A DNA stretch of 64,000 bases from a virus. Lineage: Duplodnaviria > Caudoviricetes. Positions within the stretch are counted from its first letter, which is position 1. Each line of letters opens with the position of its first letter. Shown one piece after another: positions 8,060 to 17,384 of the stretch. The translations under genes were made by a program, and so were the position numbers. The DNA is taken from IMG/VR virus record IMGVR_UViG_3300042317_000620, positions 1 through 64,000 of that record; one strand, given 5' to 3'. Under the pieces are notes generated by a model. That model saw only the letters and a list, made by a program, of their open reading frames with translations. It was not told where the DNA came from and ran no database searches.

Positions 8060-9016
8060 ATGGCAAACATAGTCTTTTTAGGCAATTTTGAAGTACCATA
8101 TAGTAGCGAAAATCATCACGCTAACTCTTTAGAATCTTTAGGTCATACTGTTTGTAGATTGCAGGAAAGAACAATTAAGGATAGTTTTGTTCTTGAACAA
8201 GCAATAAACAGTGATCTCTTTATATGGGTGCATACACATGGCTGGAACACTCCAGGAAGAATTGGTATGGGTTACGTGCTAGAAGAGTTAAAGAAGGCCA
8301 ACATCCCCACAATGACATATCATTTAGACCTATGGCTTGGTTTAGAAAGACAGAAAGACTTAGAAGAGGATGACTTCTATAAAACAATTGGACACTTCTT
8401 TGCAACAGATAAATTAATGACTGATTGGTTTAATGAGAACACTAATGTAAAAGGACACTTCCTTCCTGCTGGAGTATATGATAAAGAGTGCTACATTCAT
8501 CCAGACTATGATGTTCAAGACTTTGATTACGATGTGATATTTGTTGGTAGTAAAAGATATCACCATGAATATCCATACAGACCGCAACTAATAGATCACT
8601 TAAGAAATGTTTATGGTAAAAGATTTTTACATGTAGGTGGAGATGGTGATACTGGAACTGTCCGTGGAGATAAGTTAAATAGAATTTATGCTAAAAGTAA
8701 GATAGCAATTGGAGATAGTTTAAATATAGGATTTAACTATCCTTACTATACAAGCGATAGATTGTTTGAAAGTACTGGTCGTGGTGGGTTTACTATCTAC
8801 CCTCGTATTAAAGGTCTTGAAGAATATTTTGAAGATGAAAGTGAAATTGTTTTCTATGAACATGGAAACTTAAAAGATTTAACAGATAAGATAGATGAAT
8901 ATCTTGAAGACAACCTTAGCAGGGAAGATATAAGATTAAATGGTCATGAAAGAACTAAACAAGAACATACATATATACATAGATGGGCAACTATACTAAA
9001 GGAGTTAAACATATGA
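8060..9016 (+). CDS. Glycosyltransferase, CgeB/GT-B type
   Basis: YDVIFVGS, YAKSKIAI, SDRLFESTGRGGF, GHERTKQEHTYIHR. Confidence 0.85.
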   Translation: MANIVFLGNFEVPYSSENHHANSLESLGHTVCRLQERTIKDSFVLEQAINSDLFIWVHTHGWNTPGRIGMGYVLEELKKANIPTMTYHLDLWLGLERQKDLEEDDFYKTIGHFFATDKLMTDWFNENTNVKGHFLPAGVYDKECYIHPDYDVQDFDYDVIFVGSKRYHHEYPYRPQLIDHLRNVYGKRFLHVGGDGDTGTVRGDKLNRIYAKSKIAIGDSLNIGFNYPYYTSDRLFESTGRGGFTIYPRIKGLEEYFEDESEIVFYEHGNLKDLTDKIDEYLEDNLSREDIRLNGHERTKQEHTYIHRWATILKELNI

Positions 9017-9765
9017 ACTTTATAGAAAGATCTGATATCGTATGGAAAACAGTTCCATATATCCGTCAAGGTGAAACTAAAAACTATGATTACAATCTTG
9101 AATTAAATGAGCCATTGGCAAGTTGGGATGTTTGGGATTATTGGGAAAAAGAAAGAATACATAGCATGAAGACTCACCTTAAGAAGGGTGATGTATTTTT
9201 TGATATTGGCACAGAATCTGGATGGTGTAATTTAGTTTATGCTGATATAGTTGGACCAGAAAACATGGTGCTTATTGAACCAACACCAGAGTTTTGGCCA
9301 AACATTCATGCTCTTTGGTATAAAAATTATTCAGTAGATCCGTTAGGAATGTATGCTGGATTGATTAGCGACAACACAACTGATACTCGCAAAGGTAGTG
9401 ATCTTAATGCGTGGGGAGAAAATTATCTTGGTGCAATTATTGATCGCAATAAGTATGTCTATATTCATGACAATTCTGCAAACATACCTATGATTAAATT
9501 AGATGACTATGTTTCTGAAGTTGGCATTGTTCCAGATGTTTTAAATATTGATGTAGAAGGTGCAGAACTTCTTGTATTTAAAGGTGCAGAAAACACGTTA
9601 AGAAATAATAATTTAAAAATATTTGTATCAATTCATGATGATTTAGGTCTGCGTGATTACAATACATCACCTGAAGATACTATATCTTATCTAGAATCTC
9701 TTGGATATGTTGGAGAATTTCTAGCAAAAAATCATGAAGCACATTGGTATTTTGAAAAGAAATAA
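9013..9765 (+). CDS. FkbM-family methyltransferase
   Basis: VFFDIGTESG, IEP, IKLDD, LNIDVEGAELLVFKGA; ATGA overlap start at 9013. Confidence 0.88.
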   Translation: MNFIERSDIVWKTVPYIRQGETKNYDYNLELNEPLASWDVWDYWEKERIHSMKTHLKKGDVFFDIGTESGWCNLVYADIVGPENMVLIEPTPEFWPNIHALWYKNYSVDPLGMYAGLISDNTTDTRKGSDLNAWGENYLGAIIDRNKYVYIHDNSANIPMIKLDDYVSEVGIVPDVLNIDVEGAELLVFKGAENTLRNNNLKIFVSIHDDLGLRDYNTSPEDTISYLESLGYVGEFLAKNHEAHWYFEKK

Positions 9766-9767
9766 AA

Positions 9768-10616
9768 ATGTTAACTGCCTATATTTATTCTAAAGATCCA
9801 CTTGATTCTGCTAATGATAAATGGGATTACGGTCTATTAAAGCAAACATTTGAAAGAAATAAAATAGAAGAAGTTGTTGTTGATACATTGCCACAAGAAG
9901 AAAGAGCCTTTGTTGTTATTCCTGGACAAGGTAATGCTGGTAAAGAAGATAGTATAAATGATGAATTAAAAAATATAGGCAGAGTAGTTTTATTTATAAC
10001 TGGAGATGAAGGAAATTTATTTGATATTGATAAAATAACGCATGAAAATATATCTATTTGGGTTCAATGCCCGACAAGAAAACATCAAAAATATAATAAA
10101 CTTCCTATAGGTGCACCAAATCACATTAAAGACAACATTCCTGAATATACAGAAAAAACACATACTGCATGCTTTGCTGGGCAAATTACACACAATAGAA
10201 GACAGCAATTAGCAGACATAATGCCAAGTATTAAAGACTCTATTTATAAACCTACTGATGGTTTTGCCAAAGGCGATGAACCAAAAGAATATTATAAAAA
10301 TTTGTTTAGTGCTAAAATTGCTCCCGCTCCTGCAGGCGCTGTAAGTATGGATTCATTTAGATTTTTTGAAGCAATTGAAATGCTTTGTCTGCCTATTGCA
10401 GACTTAAGAAACTCTAAAGGGCATAAAGATAATTTTTATCATTATATTTTTGATGAAACATTGCCATTTCCATCAACTAGTAATTGGTCAGAATTGCCAG
10501 AGATTATTAAATCAATATTAAAGGATTATCCAAACAATATGCATCGTGTAGTTTCTTGGTGGATTAAATATAAAAGAGATTTTGCAATTAAACTTATGAA
10601 GGAGATATATGCATAA
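9768..10616 (+). CDS. Exostosin/GT47-like glycosyltransferase
   Basis: FAGQ..RRQ, APAPAG..SFRFFEAIEMLCLPI resembles the GT47 C-terminal motif. Confidence 0.65.
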   Translation: MLTAYIYSKDPLDSANDKWDYGLLKQTFERNKIEEVVVDTLPQEERAFVVIPGQGNAGKEDSINDELKNIGRVVLFITGDEGNLFDIDKITHENISIWVQCPTRKHQKYNKLPIGAPNHIKDNIPEYTEKTHTACFAGQITHNRRQQLADIMPSIKDSIYKPTDGFAKGDEPKEYYKNLFSAKIAPAPAGAVSMDSFRFFEAIEMLCLPIADLRNSKGHKDNFYHYIFDETLPFPSTSNWSELPEIIKSILKDYPNNMHRVVSWWIKYKRDFAIKLMKEIYA

Positions 10617-11370
10617 GAATGACGTAACAATTATTGTTGTAACATCAGTTCTTCCAGATCACCCAGACACTTCTATCCTTGATGAAACAATTAACTCCGT
10701 AAGATATCATTTTCCTGATAACGAAATCATATTGCAGATAGATGGCTTGCGTGAAGAAAGACTAAATAGAAAAAATGATTATGATGAATTTAAAAACAGA
10801 GTGCTATGGAAATGTTTGCATGAATGGAAAAATGTTTTACCAATAATTTTTGACAAACATAGTCATCAAACAACAATGATGAAAGAAACAATTGGTTTAA
10901 TAACTACATCAATATTATTGTATGTTGAGGGAGATGCTCCACTTGTTACTGAAGAGCCTATAGATTGGCAAAAATGTTTAGATATGCTTGAGTATAATGA
11001 AGCAAAAACAATTAGATTTCACTTTGAAGCATCTATTCCAAGATCACATGAGCATTTAATGTTTGGTCTTAGTGATGATTTTATGAAAACAGCACAATGG
11101 AGCCAAAGACCACACCTATCTTTAGTGTCTTATTATAGAAATGAGATTATGCCAAGAGTAAGGGATTATTCGTTTATAGAAGACATTATTCATGGTTCTA
11201 TACAAGATGACATTTTGCCTTATGACGTATTTGATAAAGAAGGATGGGAAAAACATAAACTTTGGATCTACCATCCAAAAAATAATATTAAAAGATCTTA
11301 CCACTTAGACGGACGCAGAGGTACAAGAAAATTTACATCAGATGATGAAGTATGGGGATATACTGAATGA
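10609..11370 (+). CDS. GT-A/GT2-like glycosyltransferase
   Basis: VTIIVVTS N-terminal strand, LLYVEGD acidic motif, operon context. Confidence 0.55.
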   Translation: MHKNDVTIIVVTSVLPDHPDTSILDETINSVRYHFPDNEIILQIDGLREERLNRKNDYDEFKNRVLWKCLHEWKNVLPIIFDKHSHQTTMMKETIGLITTSILLYVEGDAPLVTEEPIDWQKCLDMLEYNEAKTIRFHFEASIPRSHEHLMFGLSDDFMKTAQWSQRPHLSLVSYYRNEIMPRVRDYSFIEDIIHGSIQDDILPYDVFDKEGWEKHKLWIYHPKNNIKRSYHLDGRRGTRKFTSDDEVWGYTE

Positions 11371-12410
11371 GACTTGGAATTATTGCTAGATCAGATAATA
11401 CTGGACTTGGATACCAAACAAAACAATTAACAGATATGTTAAATCCTAGCAAAGTAATGTTAATTGATTTTTCTCAACATAACAATAATATACAACATCC
11501 TGAGTGGTATAACGGATATGAAGTAATAAATGTTGTTGGTATACCAGACAGTAGAGATATCGACAGATTTTTAAAAGATATAGACGTTGTATTAAGTTGT
11601 GAAACATTTTACAACAATGACGAACTTATATTAAAGGCTAGAGATAAAGGAATTAAAACAATTCTTCAGTATAATTACGAACTCTTTGGAAACCTTTCAA
11701 AAAAAAATATGGCGTTACCAGATGTTTTAGTATCTCCTAGTTTATGGAAAATAGATGATATTGAGTTTCAATTTGGCAGAAAAGCAAAAGTAATTCATTT
11801 ACCACCGCCAACAAACATAGGCCTATTTGACGGGGCTAGTAAAATTAATAGATCAAAAACTCATAATCGCATACTGCACATTGGTGGAAAACGTGCTGCA
11901 CAAGATAGAAATGGAACTAACACAATAGTTGACATGTTAAGATATTCTAAAGCAGATTATGAACTAGTAATAAGGACGCAAACCAAACTTGATCTAAACT
12001 TTAATGATGATCGTATTGTATTAGATTATAATGATAGTGTAGATAGAGAGTCAATGTACGTTGGCTTTGATGCTATGGTCTTACCTAGAAGATATGCTGG
12101 ACTATGCTTACCTATGAATGAGTCTTTGCTTAGTGCCCTGCCAGTTTTTATGACAAACATATCTCCAAATAACAAAGTTCTTCCAGAAAAATGGTTGGTA
12201 GAATCACATTTAATTGATAAGTTTAAAGCAAAAACTATGGTAAATGTTTATGAAGCAGATTTAAGAAAACTAGCAGAAATGATTGATAATTATGTTGCAC
12301 TTAGTGATGAACAAAAAAATATTGAAAAAGAAAAAGCCTTATCTATAGGATATGAAAACTTCTCTCCAGAAGCACTACTGCCACAATACAATAAATTAGT
12401 CAATGAATAA
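11367..12410 (+). CDS. GT4-like glycosyltransferase
   Basis: FDAMVLPRRYAGLCLPMNESLLSALPVF GT-B donor-binding segment. Confidence 0.8.
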   Translation: MRLGIIARSDNTGLGYQTKQLTDMLNPSKVMLIDFSQHNNNIQHPEWYNGYEVINVVGIPDSRDIDRFLKDIDVVLSCETFYNNDELILKARDKGIKTILQYNYELFGNLSKKNMALPDVLVSPSLWKIDDIEFQFGRKAKVIHLPPPTNIGLFDGASKINRSKTHNRILHIGGKRAAQDRNGTNTIVDMLRYSKADYELVIRTQTKLDLNFNDDRIVLDYNDSVDRESMYVGFDAMVLPRRYAGLCLPMNESLLSALPVFMTNISPNNKVLPEKWLVESHLIDKFKAKTMVNVYEADLRKLAEMIDNYVALSDEQKNIEKEKALSIGYENFSPEALLPQYNKLVNE

Positions 12411-13103
12411 CTATTTTTCATAAATTGTTTTATTTTTAAACTGTTTAGATAAAAATAAATCTTTTAATTCTAAGAATGATCCACTTTCCGTTGATAGAAA
12501 TGGATATTTTTTTTCCTCGTAGTTATAAGATAATGATGCAAAATTTTCTGATTTATAAACTTTAACATCTGACATTTCTTTTGACTCATCATTAGATATA
12601 TTGCCATAAATAGATCGATATAACAAGTTATGATTCATTCTTAAAATATTATCAAATTTTTCTTTTGACATCTTCATTGGCACATGTATTTCATAGTTTA
12701 AGGGATTATCAATACCCATCTGTAAAAGTTTGTCATGTGTTGTTTTTAATCTATTTATATAAGAACTTCTTCCAAGCACAGTTTCATAAGCATCAATTTT
12801 ATTTTCTAGTGTGCCACTATAATATGAAACTATTGTATCAATTGGTTTAATAATAAAAAAATCATCATTCATTAAAACAAAATCATCTGGAATATCAGAT
12901 GTATTGCATATTGCTTTAAAGTTATTAAAAGCATTTTTATATTTAGAATATTTTTGATTTACTGGTGCATACTGCCCAACATACCAATCTGGTTTACCAC
13001 CAATTATCCATAAACTATCTACATTGCAATTTTTAACAACAGATCTTATAGAATAACGAAGTTCTTCGTTATCTCCATCTTTGCATATATATACAAAATT
13101 CAT
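12411..13103 (-). CDS. Stealth-family-like sugar-1-phosphate transferase (compact)
   Basis: FVY...NEELRYSIRSVVKN and FVLMNDDFF match Stealth conserved region 2; later HVP. Confidence 0.7.
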   Translation of the reverse strand: MNFVYICKDGDNEELRYSIRSVVKNCNVDSLWIIGGKPDWYVGQYAPVNQKYSKYKNAFNNFKAICNTSDIPDDFVLMNDDFFIIKPIDTIVSYYSGTLENKIDAYETVLGRSSYINRLKTTHDKLLQMGIDNPLNYEIHVPMKMSKEKFDNILRMNHNLLYRSIYGNISNDESKEMSDVKVYKSENFASLSYNYEEKKYPFLSTESGSFLELKDLFLSKQFKNKTIYEK

Positions 13104-13105
13104 AA

Positions 13106-13684
13106 TTACCTTTCAAAGACTAAAACTACTCTATCTCCAAAAATTAACTTTGAATTAATTTTTTGATCTAATTCATTTAGTTTAATATTTTTTTCATACT
13201 TTAATTGCCAATCATTTTTAATAAAAATATTTTTAATTTCATCTATTTTATTTAATTTAATAGAATGATTATCTATTTTGACAACTCTATCTTTTAGTTC
13301 ATTATAATTTACTGTTTCTAAAACAAACATATTTAATGTTTTTATTTTTGTAATCATATTTAAAAAACTTAATGGATCTTTTAACAAATACAAAAGTCCA
13401 AAACAAGAAACAGAATCTATTTGATTCAAATAACATAATTCATCTATATCAATTGTCTCAATATCTTTACAAAGAAAGGTTATGTCTACATATGAATTAT
13501 TTGCAAACATAACCTTTTCTAAGGATATATCTATACCAAAAACATTTTTTGCACCATGCTTTAATAATAAATTTGAGTAATATCCGTCTGAGCACCCAAT
13601 ATCTATTATATTTTTATTAATAAAAAATTTTGTAATATTTTTATTAAATAAAAATGCATGTCTTTTTTTGATAAGACTAGTAAT
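13106..13684 (-). CDS. Class I SAM-dependent methyltransferase (probable ATT start)
   Basis: Frame stays open 61 codons upstream of ATG 13510 and encodes IIDIGCSDG...VFGIDIS; no in-frame ATG/GTG/TTG there; AGAGG precedes ATT at 13684. Confidence 0.7.
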   Translation of the reverse strand: MTSLIKKRHAFLFNKNITKFFINKNIIDIGCSDGYYSNLLLKHGAKNVFGIDISLEKVMFANNSYVDITFLCKDIETIDIDELCYLNQIDSVSCFGLLYLLKDPLSFLNMITKIKTLNMFVLETVNYNELKDRVVKIDNHSIKLNKIDEIKNIFIKNDWQLKYEKNIKLNELDQKINSKLIFGDRVVLVFER

Positions 13685-13693
13685 TGTTTCCTC

Positions 13694-14401
13694 TTACTTA
13701 AGCCAGTTAACCATAGAATATCTTGTGCCATTTGTGACAGCATTAACATTATGGTTATATACATATGTTGATGGGAAAAGCAATAACTGGCTTGCTTTTG
13801 GTTTAATTGTTACACCAAACTTTGGAAAAACAATTTCTCCACCATCGTAATCATCATTAAAATAATAAACTAAAGAAATTTTTCTGGTATAAAAAAGACC
13901 ATCATCAACATGATCAATAAAATAGTTGCCTTCTCCATATTTCATAATTTCATAGTCTTCTTTTTGAGACCAGGTTGGATGCCATTCTTCAGTATATCTA
14001 TCAATATAAGACTTAAAATCTCTTTCAAGTCTTTGAAAAATTCTATCATGCGTTATTACTTCTAATGAAGGAGATACTTTGTCAAAATCTCCATGTCGCC
14101 TTACATTTCTAATGTACATGGTATCCATTGCTTTTCTACCATAGTCTTCAGCAATCTTTTTTTGATCTTTTGGCTGCCAATGCAGTGTTTTTTTAGAAAC
14201 TAACTCTTCAACATCTCTAATATATCTTGGTCCATCTCCAACATTTTGATAAGACACAATTCCTGGAGCATGAACAATAGCATTGTTTTCTTGCGAGTAG
14301 TTTACAACTTTATTTACATCAATAACTGCATCTAGATTTTTTGGCAAAGCCTTGTCTACGTCAATAACCTCTTTAAGATCTGGAGGAATAATTTTTTCCA
14401 T
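13694..14401 (-). CDS. 2OG-Fe(II) oxygenase, prolyl-4-hydroxylase-like
   Basis: HVD, RKISLVYYFNDDYDGGEIVF, LLFPS..YNHNV..VTNGTRYS; start moved to MEK after GAAAGGA. Confidence 0.9.
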   Translation of the reverse strand: MEKIIPPDLKEVIDVDKALPKNLDAVIDVNKVVNYSQENNAIVHAPGIVSYQNVGDGPRYIRDVEELVSKKTLHWQPKDQKKIAEDYGRKAMDTMYIRNVRRHGDFDKVSPSLEVITHDRIFQRLERDFKSYIDRYTEEWHPTWSQKEDYEIMKYGEGNYFIDHVDDGLFYTRKISLVYYFNDDYDGGEIVFPKFGVTIKPKASQLLLFPSTYVYNHNVNAVTNGTRYSMVNWLK

Positions 14402-14422
14402 TTTGTTTCCTTTCTTTTTATA

Positions 14423-14451
14423 TGGGGTGCTACATATATTATAGCACCCCA
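14423..14451. promoter_or_regulatory. Perfect 10-bp inverted repeat enclosing a TGcTATAAT -10 box
   Basis: TGGGGTGCTA (14423-14432) / TAGCACCCCA (14442-14451), 9-nt loop. Confidence 0.55.
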
Positions 14452-14463
14452 CTTAAAACATAA

Positions 14464-14748
14464 TTACTTTACTACCTTCTTTGCAGGTGTAGCCTTCTTT
14501 GCAGCCTTCTTTTTTACTGGCTTAACATTCTTCATTGCATTATCAACATCCTTTGCGATTGCATCGAACTTGCCAAATGCTGGATCTTTTGGATTTACTG
14601 CACGAAGAACTACTGGAACTAGAGCAGCCACTAGAGCAGCCCACATGTCCTTTGGATCGGTAATCCCTGCGGTATATAGTGCAACTATACCAGCAAGAAC
14701 TGAACGTCCGTATGAGGCTGCTATAGCCTTTAGTTGTGCTTGATTCAT
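14464..14748 (-). CDS. Holin-like membrane protein with Lys/Ala-rich tail
   Basis: Two hydrophobic segments, LRAVNPKDPAFG, tail KPVKKKAAKKATPAKKVVK; SD AAGGAGG. Confidence 0.6.
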   Translation of the reverse strand: MNQAQLKAIAASYGRSVLAGIVALYTAGITDPKDMWAALVAALVPVVLRAVNPKDPAFGKFDAIAKDVDNAMKNVKPVKKKAAKKATPAKKVVK

Positions 14749-14857
14749 TTATTCCCTCCTTTCTTATATCATATAAGTATACTATATATAATTTTAATAT
14801 GTGTACTTATGTCGTTTTTTTAATTCTTTTTTAAATTTTATCAAATAATATTTTTTT

Positions 14858-15742
14858 TTAAGATATAGCCAAATTTTCATATTTTTTTTCTCCTATTGTA
14901 TTTAAAAATGCATCTTTCCACATAAAATGTTTACCATAGCCTTGATGACCGTCTCTTTTGCTAAAGAAGATTTCTTTTTTGTTATCATTTTTAAATAATT
15001 TTTTATCTATTAAATCTTCTATTGCTTCATTTGAGTATTCAATTTCTATAAAATTGTTAAAATTGCAATGATTTATATATGGAACATTCAGTTGCTGCCA
15101 AGTAGCAAATAATAACTCAATATTTTTTTCTTTACAAAACTTTACAAATAATTTCCAAGATACAATAAAATCAATCATTTTTTGTTGATGAATTTCAAAG
15201 TCTAAATCATAGTTTTGTATGTATGTCCAAGATTGTATTTCTTTTTCCCATCTAAAAAATCTGTTTACATCTGGCAACATTACAAATAAATAATCTGGAA
15301 TACCAACTTGATCAAAATAAATTAAACAATTGCTAATTATTTTTTGCCATCCAAAGCCAGACTTTGCAATATTAAAATACCCACTTAATTTATTGTGTTT
15401 GCTTAAATCCTCATATAGCATGTGTGCCCAACATGAGTCTAAATTACCACCAACACCTTCTGTTTCTGAACATCCAGCAAATAAAATATGCGTGTCTTCA
15501 TGATTTGTTTTGAAATCGTCACACCTAAAACCATTTTGATTAAGATGATACAAGACTGATGTATCATTTTCGTCAATATCTATTTTCATCGCCACTTCTG
15601 CAGGATGAACTCTCATTGTTGTAGGATATGTACAAAAGTCAGTTGCATCATTAAAACTAAACTTGTTATAAAATACATCATGCACTGCAAGGCTATTAAC
15701 AAAAGTTTCTCCATCTAAGTATAAATACTGACTAGATCTCAT
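14858..15742 (-). CDS. SGNH/GDSL-like hypothetical protein (paralog of 5852..6784)
   Basis: NQNGFRCDDF, LFAGCSETEGVG, RDGH; start moved on GGAGG. Confidence 0.7.
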   Translation of the reverse strand: MRSSQYLYLDGETFVNSLAVHDVFYNKFSFNDATDFCTYPTTMRVHPAEVAMKIDIDENDTSVLYHLNQNGFRCDDFKTNHEDTHILFAGCSETEGVGGNLDSCWAHMLYEDLSKHNKLSGYFNIAKSGFGWQKIISNCLIYFDQVGIPDYLFVMLPDVNRFFRWEKEIQSWTYIQNYDLDFEIHQQKMIDFIVSWKLFVKFCKEKNIELLFATWQQLNVPYINHCNFNNFIEIEYSNEAIEDLIDKKLFKNDNKKEIFFSKRDGHQGYGKHFMWKDAFLNTIGEKKYENLAIS

Positions 15743-16127
15743 TATTTTCCTCCACATTTTTTGGAACTGTTACTAATAACATATTTATAATATTATTCAA
15801 TATATCTTTTTGTTCTTCATCTATTTTTTTATTTTCTATTTCATTATTGCAAAAATCAATTGTTTTGTTTACAACCTCTATAGTATTTTCAATATAATTA
15901 AAAGCCCATTCCCTTGAGTCTGATAAAAATTTAACAAATCCTTCGTTAGTTTCATCTTTTAACATTGACGAATTTTCTATTTCATTTTTCATTGCTGACA
16001 TCATAGCAACAGCAATTTGATTATCTGATAAACTTTGATTGAGAGCACCTTGTATTTGATATGCTCTATAAATCATATAAATATTAAATGCTGATAGCCC
16101 AATAATTACCCAGTTATACCAATGCAT
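15732..16127 (-). CDS. Membrane-anchored hypothetical protein
   Basis: N-terminal TM segment from MHWYNW, preceded by GAGGAG. Confidence 0.7.
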   Translation of the reverse strand: MHWYNWVIIGLSAFNIYMIYRAYQIQGALNQSLSDNQIAVAMMSAMKNEIENSSMLKDETNEGFVKFLSDSREWAFNYIENTIEVVNKTIDFCNNEIENKKIDEEQKDILNNIINMLLVTVPKNVEENNEI

Positions 16128-16605
16128 TTCGCTCCTCATGTGTTGGCCAATAGTAATTGCATTTTTCACAACATGGTTCATTGTATGGACTAATTGTTGC
16201 ATACTGATACTTGTTATAAAAAATAGGATCCTTTTTAAATAGATTAGCCTTGTGAGTTGTTGTAATACGCATTACCTTATTGTCATTGGACCAGAACATT
16301 GGTGGGGTCTTTCCCCATCTACCCGAACATTTTTCTTTAAGATCATTAAGGTTGTTTTCATTGTTTATTGTCTTAATCCCACGAACCTTAGCCTCTTCTA
16401 TCATGTGCTGTATATAAGACCACAGACCAGCCTCATAGCCCTTCCACATAAGCACTGCAGGGTGATTACGCCATGCCCCAGACGGTGACTCTCCTGACAA
16501 CACCTTGAGTATTTGATACCCCTCAAGGATTTGTTTATTAAGTCTTTTATTGTCTAAGGATTTTGCGGTATATGAAATATTACTAGATGGAAGAAATGTT
16601 TGCAT
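16114..16605 (-). CDS. Pyrimidine-dimer DNA glycosylase-like protein (MSMEG_6728/endonuclease V-like)
   Basis: MQTFLP, LDNKRLNKQILEGYQIL, WRNHPAVLMWKGYE, HKANLFKKDP..Y, YYWP. Confidence 0.85.
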   Translation of the reverse strand: MQTFLPSSNISYTAKSLDNKRLNKQILEGYQILKVLSGESPSGAWRNHPAVLMWKGYEAGLWSYIQHMIEEAKVRGIKTINNENNLNDLKEKCSGRWGKTPPMFWSNDNKVMRITTTHKANLFKKDPIFYNKYQYATISPYNEPCCEKCNYYWPTHEERNALV

Positions 16606-16727
16606 TAAACAACCTTAAGGGTATTGCAACGAGTACAGCCAACATATGTATTACCAGTAAATGGACATGCTCCAGCATCTACAAGAACATGACCTTTAAA
16701 TTTGCAGACTAATCTTTGCATAATCAT
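16605..16727 (-). CDS. 40-aa zinc-binding microprotein
   Basis: MIMQRLVCKFKGHVLVDAGACPFTGNTYVGCTRCNTLKVV*; overlaps both neighbours. Confidence 0.6.
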   Translation of the reverse strand: MIMQRLVCKFKGHVLVDAGACPFTGNTYVGCTRCNTLKVV

Positions 16728-16954
16728 TTTCCACCAGTCCTAACTAACATGACTATAGCGCCATTTTCTTCTAAGGCTTTTTTAACCCTTACCATATATT
16801 CTACAGCAAGTCTCTTATCTCTGTCAAATAACTTCATAAAACTTGTTTCGTCTGCTCTTACTGTAATAAAATGCTCATTATCAATAATATCTACACCAAA
16901 TCCTTTTGGTGGGGCAATAGATCTAACGGCTCGCCTCATTGCGTCTGTATACAC
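16724..16954 (-). CDS. Hypothetical protein
   Basis: 76-aa ORF, GTG start 6 nt after TGgTAGAAT. Confidence 0.7.
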   Translation of the reverse strand: MYTDAMRRAVRSIAPPKGFGVDIIDNEHFITVRADETSFMKLFDRDKRLAVEYMVRVKKALEENGAIVMLVRTGGK

Positions 16955-16958
16955 TATT

Positions 16959-17384
16959 CTATTCTACCAGACCTGGATAATCTGTGCAAATGCCATAAAC
17001 ATTATTATATTTATAATCTAAATTTAAATCAACTATAATTGATTTTTCTGTAACATTTTTTCCTGGATATGTCCATATATATCCGTTACTTGTTAATGTA
17101 AAATCATCTTCTTGATGCCAAAAAAACATATGCTTGTTTTTATCTAATGCATTTAAAGCATTAATATTTTTGCAATGAAACCAGGCTACATCTTTAATAT
17201 TATCTACAAATATATCTCCTACTGGATATTGTGAAAAATCATGACCCAAATACCAAGTAGAGTTTATCAATCTAATATCAACCTCTACATTAAATCCTTT
17301 TTGTATTGCATGATAAATAAGCCCAGGACTATTCTCTAATGGACCTGGACCATCAACATTTCCTCTATGTGCTATCTTAATCAT
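16959..17384 (-). CDS. Short glycerophosphodiester phosphodiesterase-like protein
   Basis: IAHRGN, ENS, VEVDIR, LGHD, GICTDYP. Confidence 0.8.
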   Translation of the reverse strand: MIKIAHRGNVDGPGPLENSPGLIYHAIQKGFNVEVDIRLINSTWYLGHDFSQYPVGDIFVDNIKDVAWFHCKNINALNALDKNKHMFFWHQEDDFTLTSNGYIWTYPGKNVTEKSIIVDLNLDYKYNNVYGICTDYPGLVE

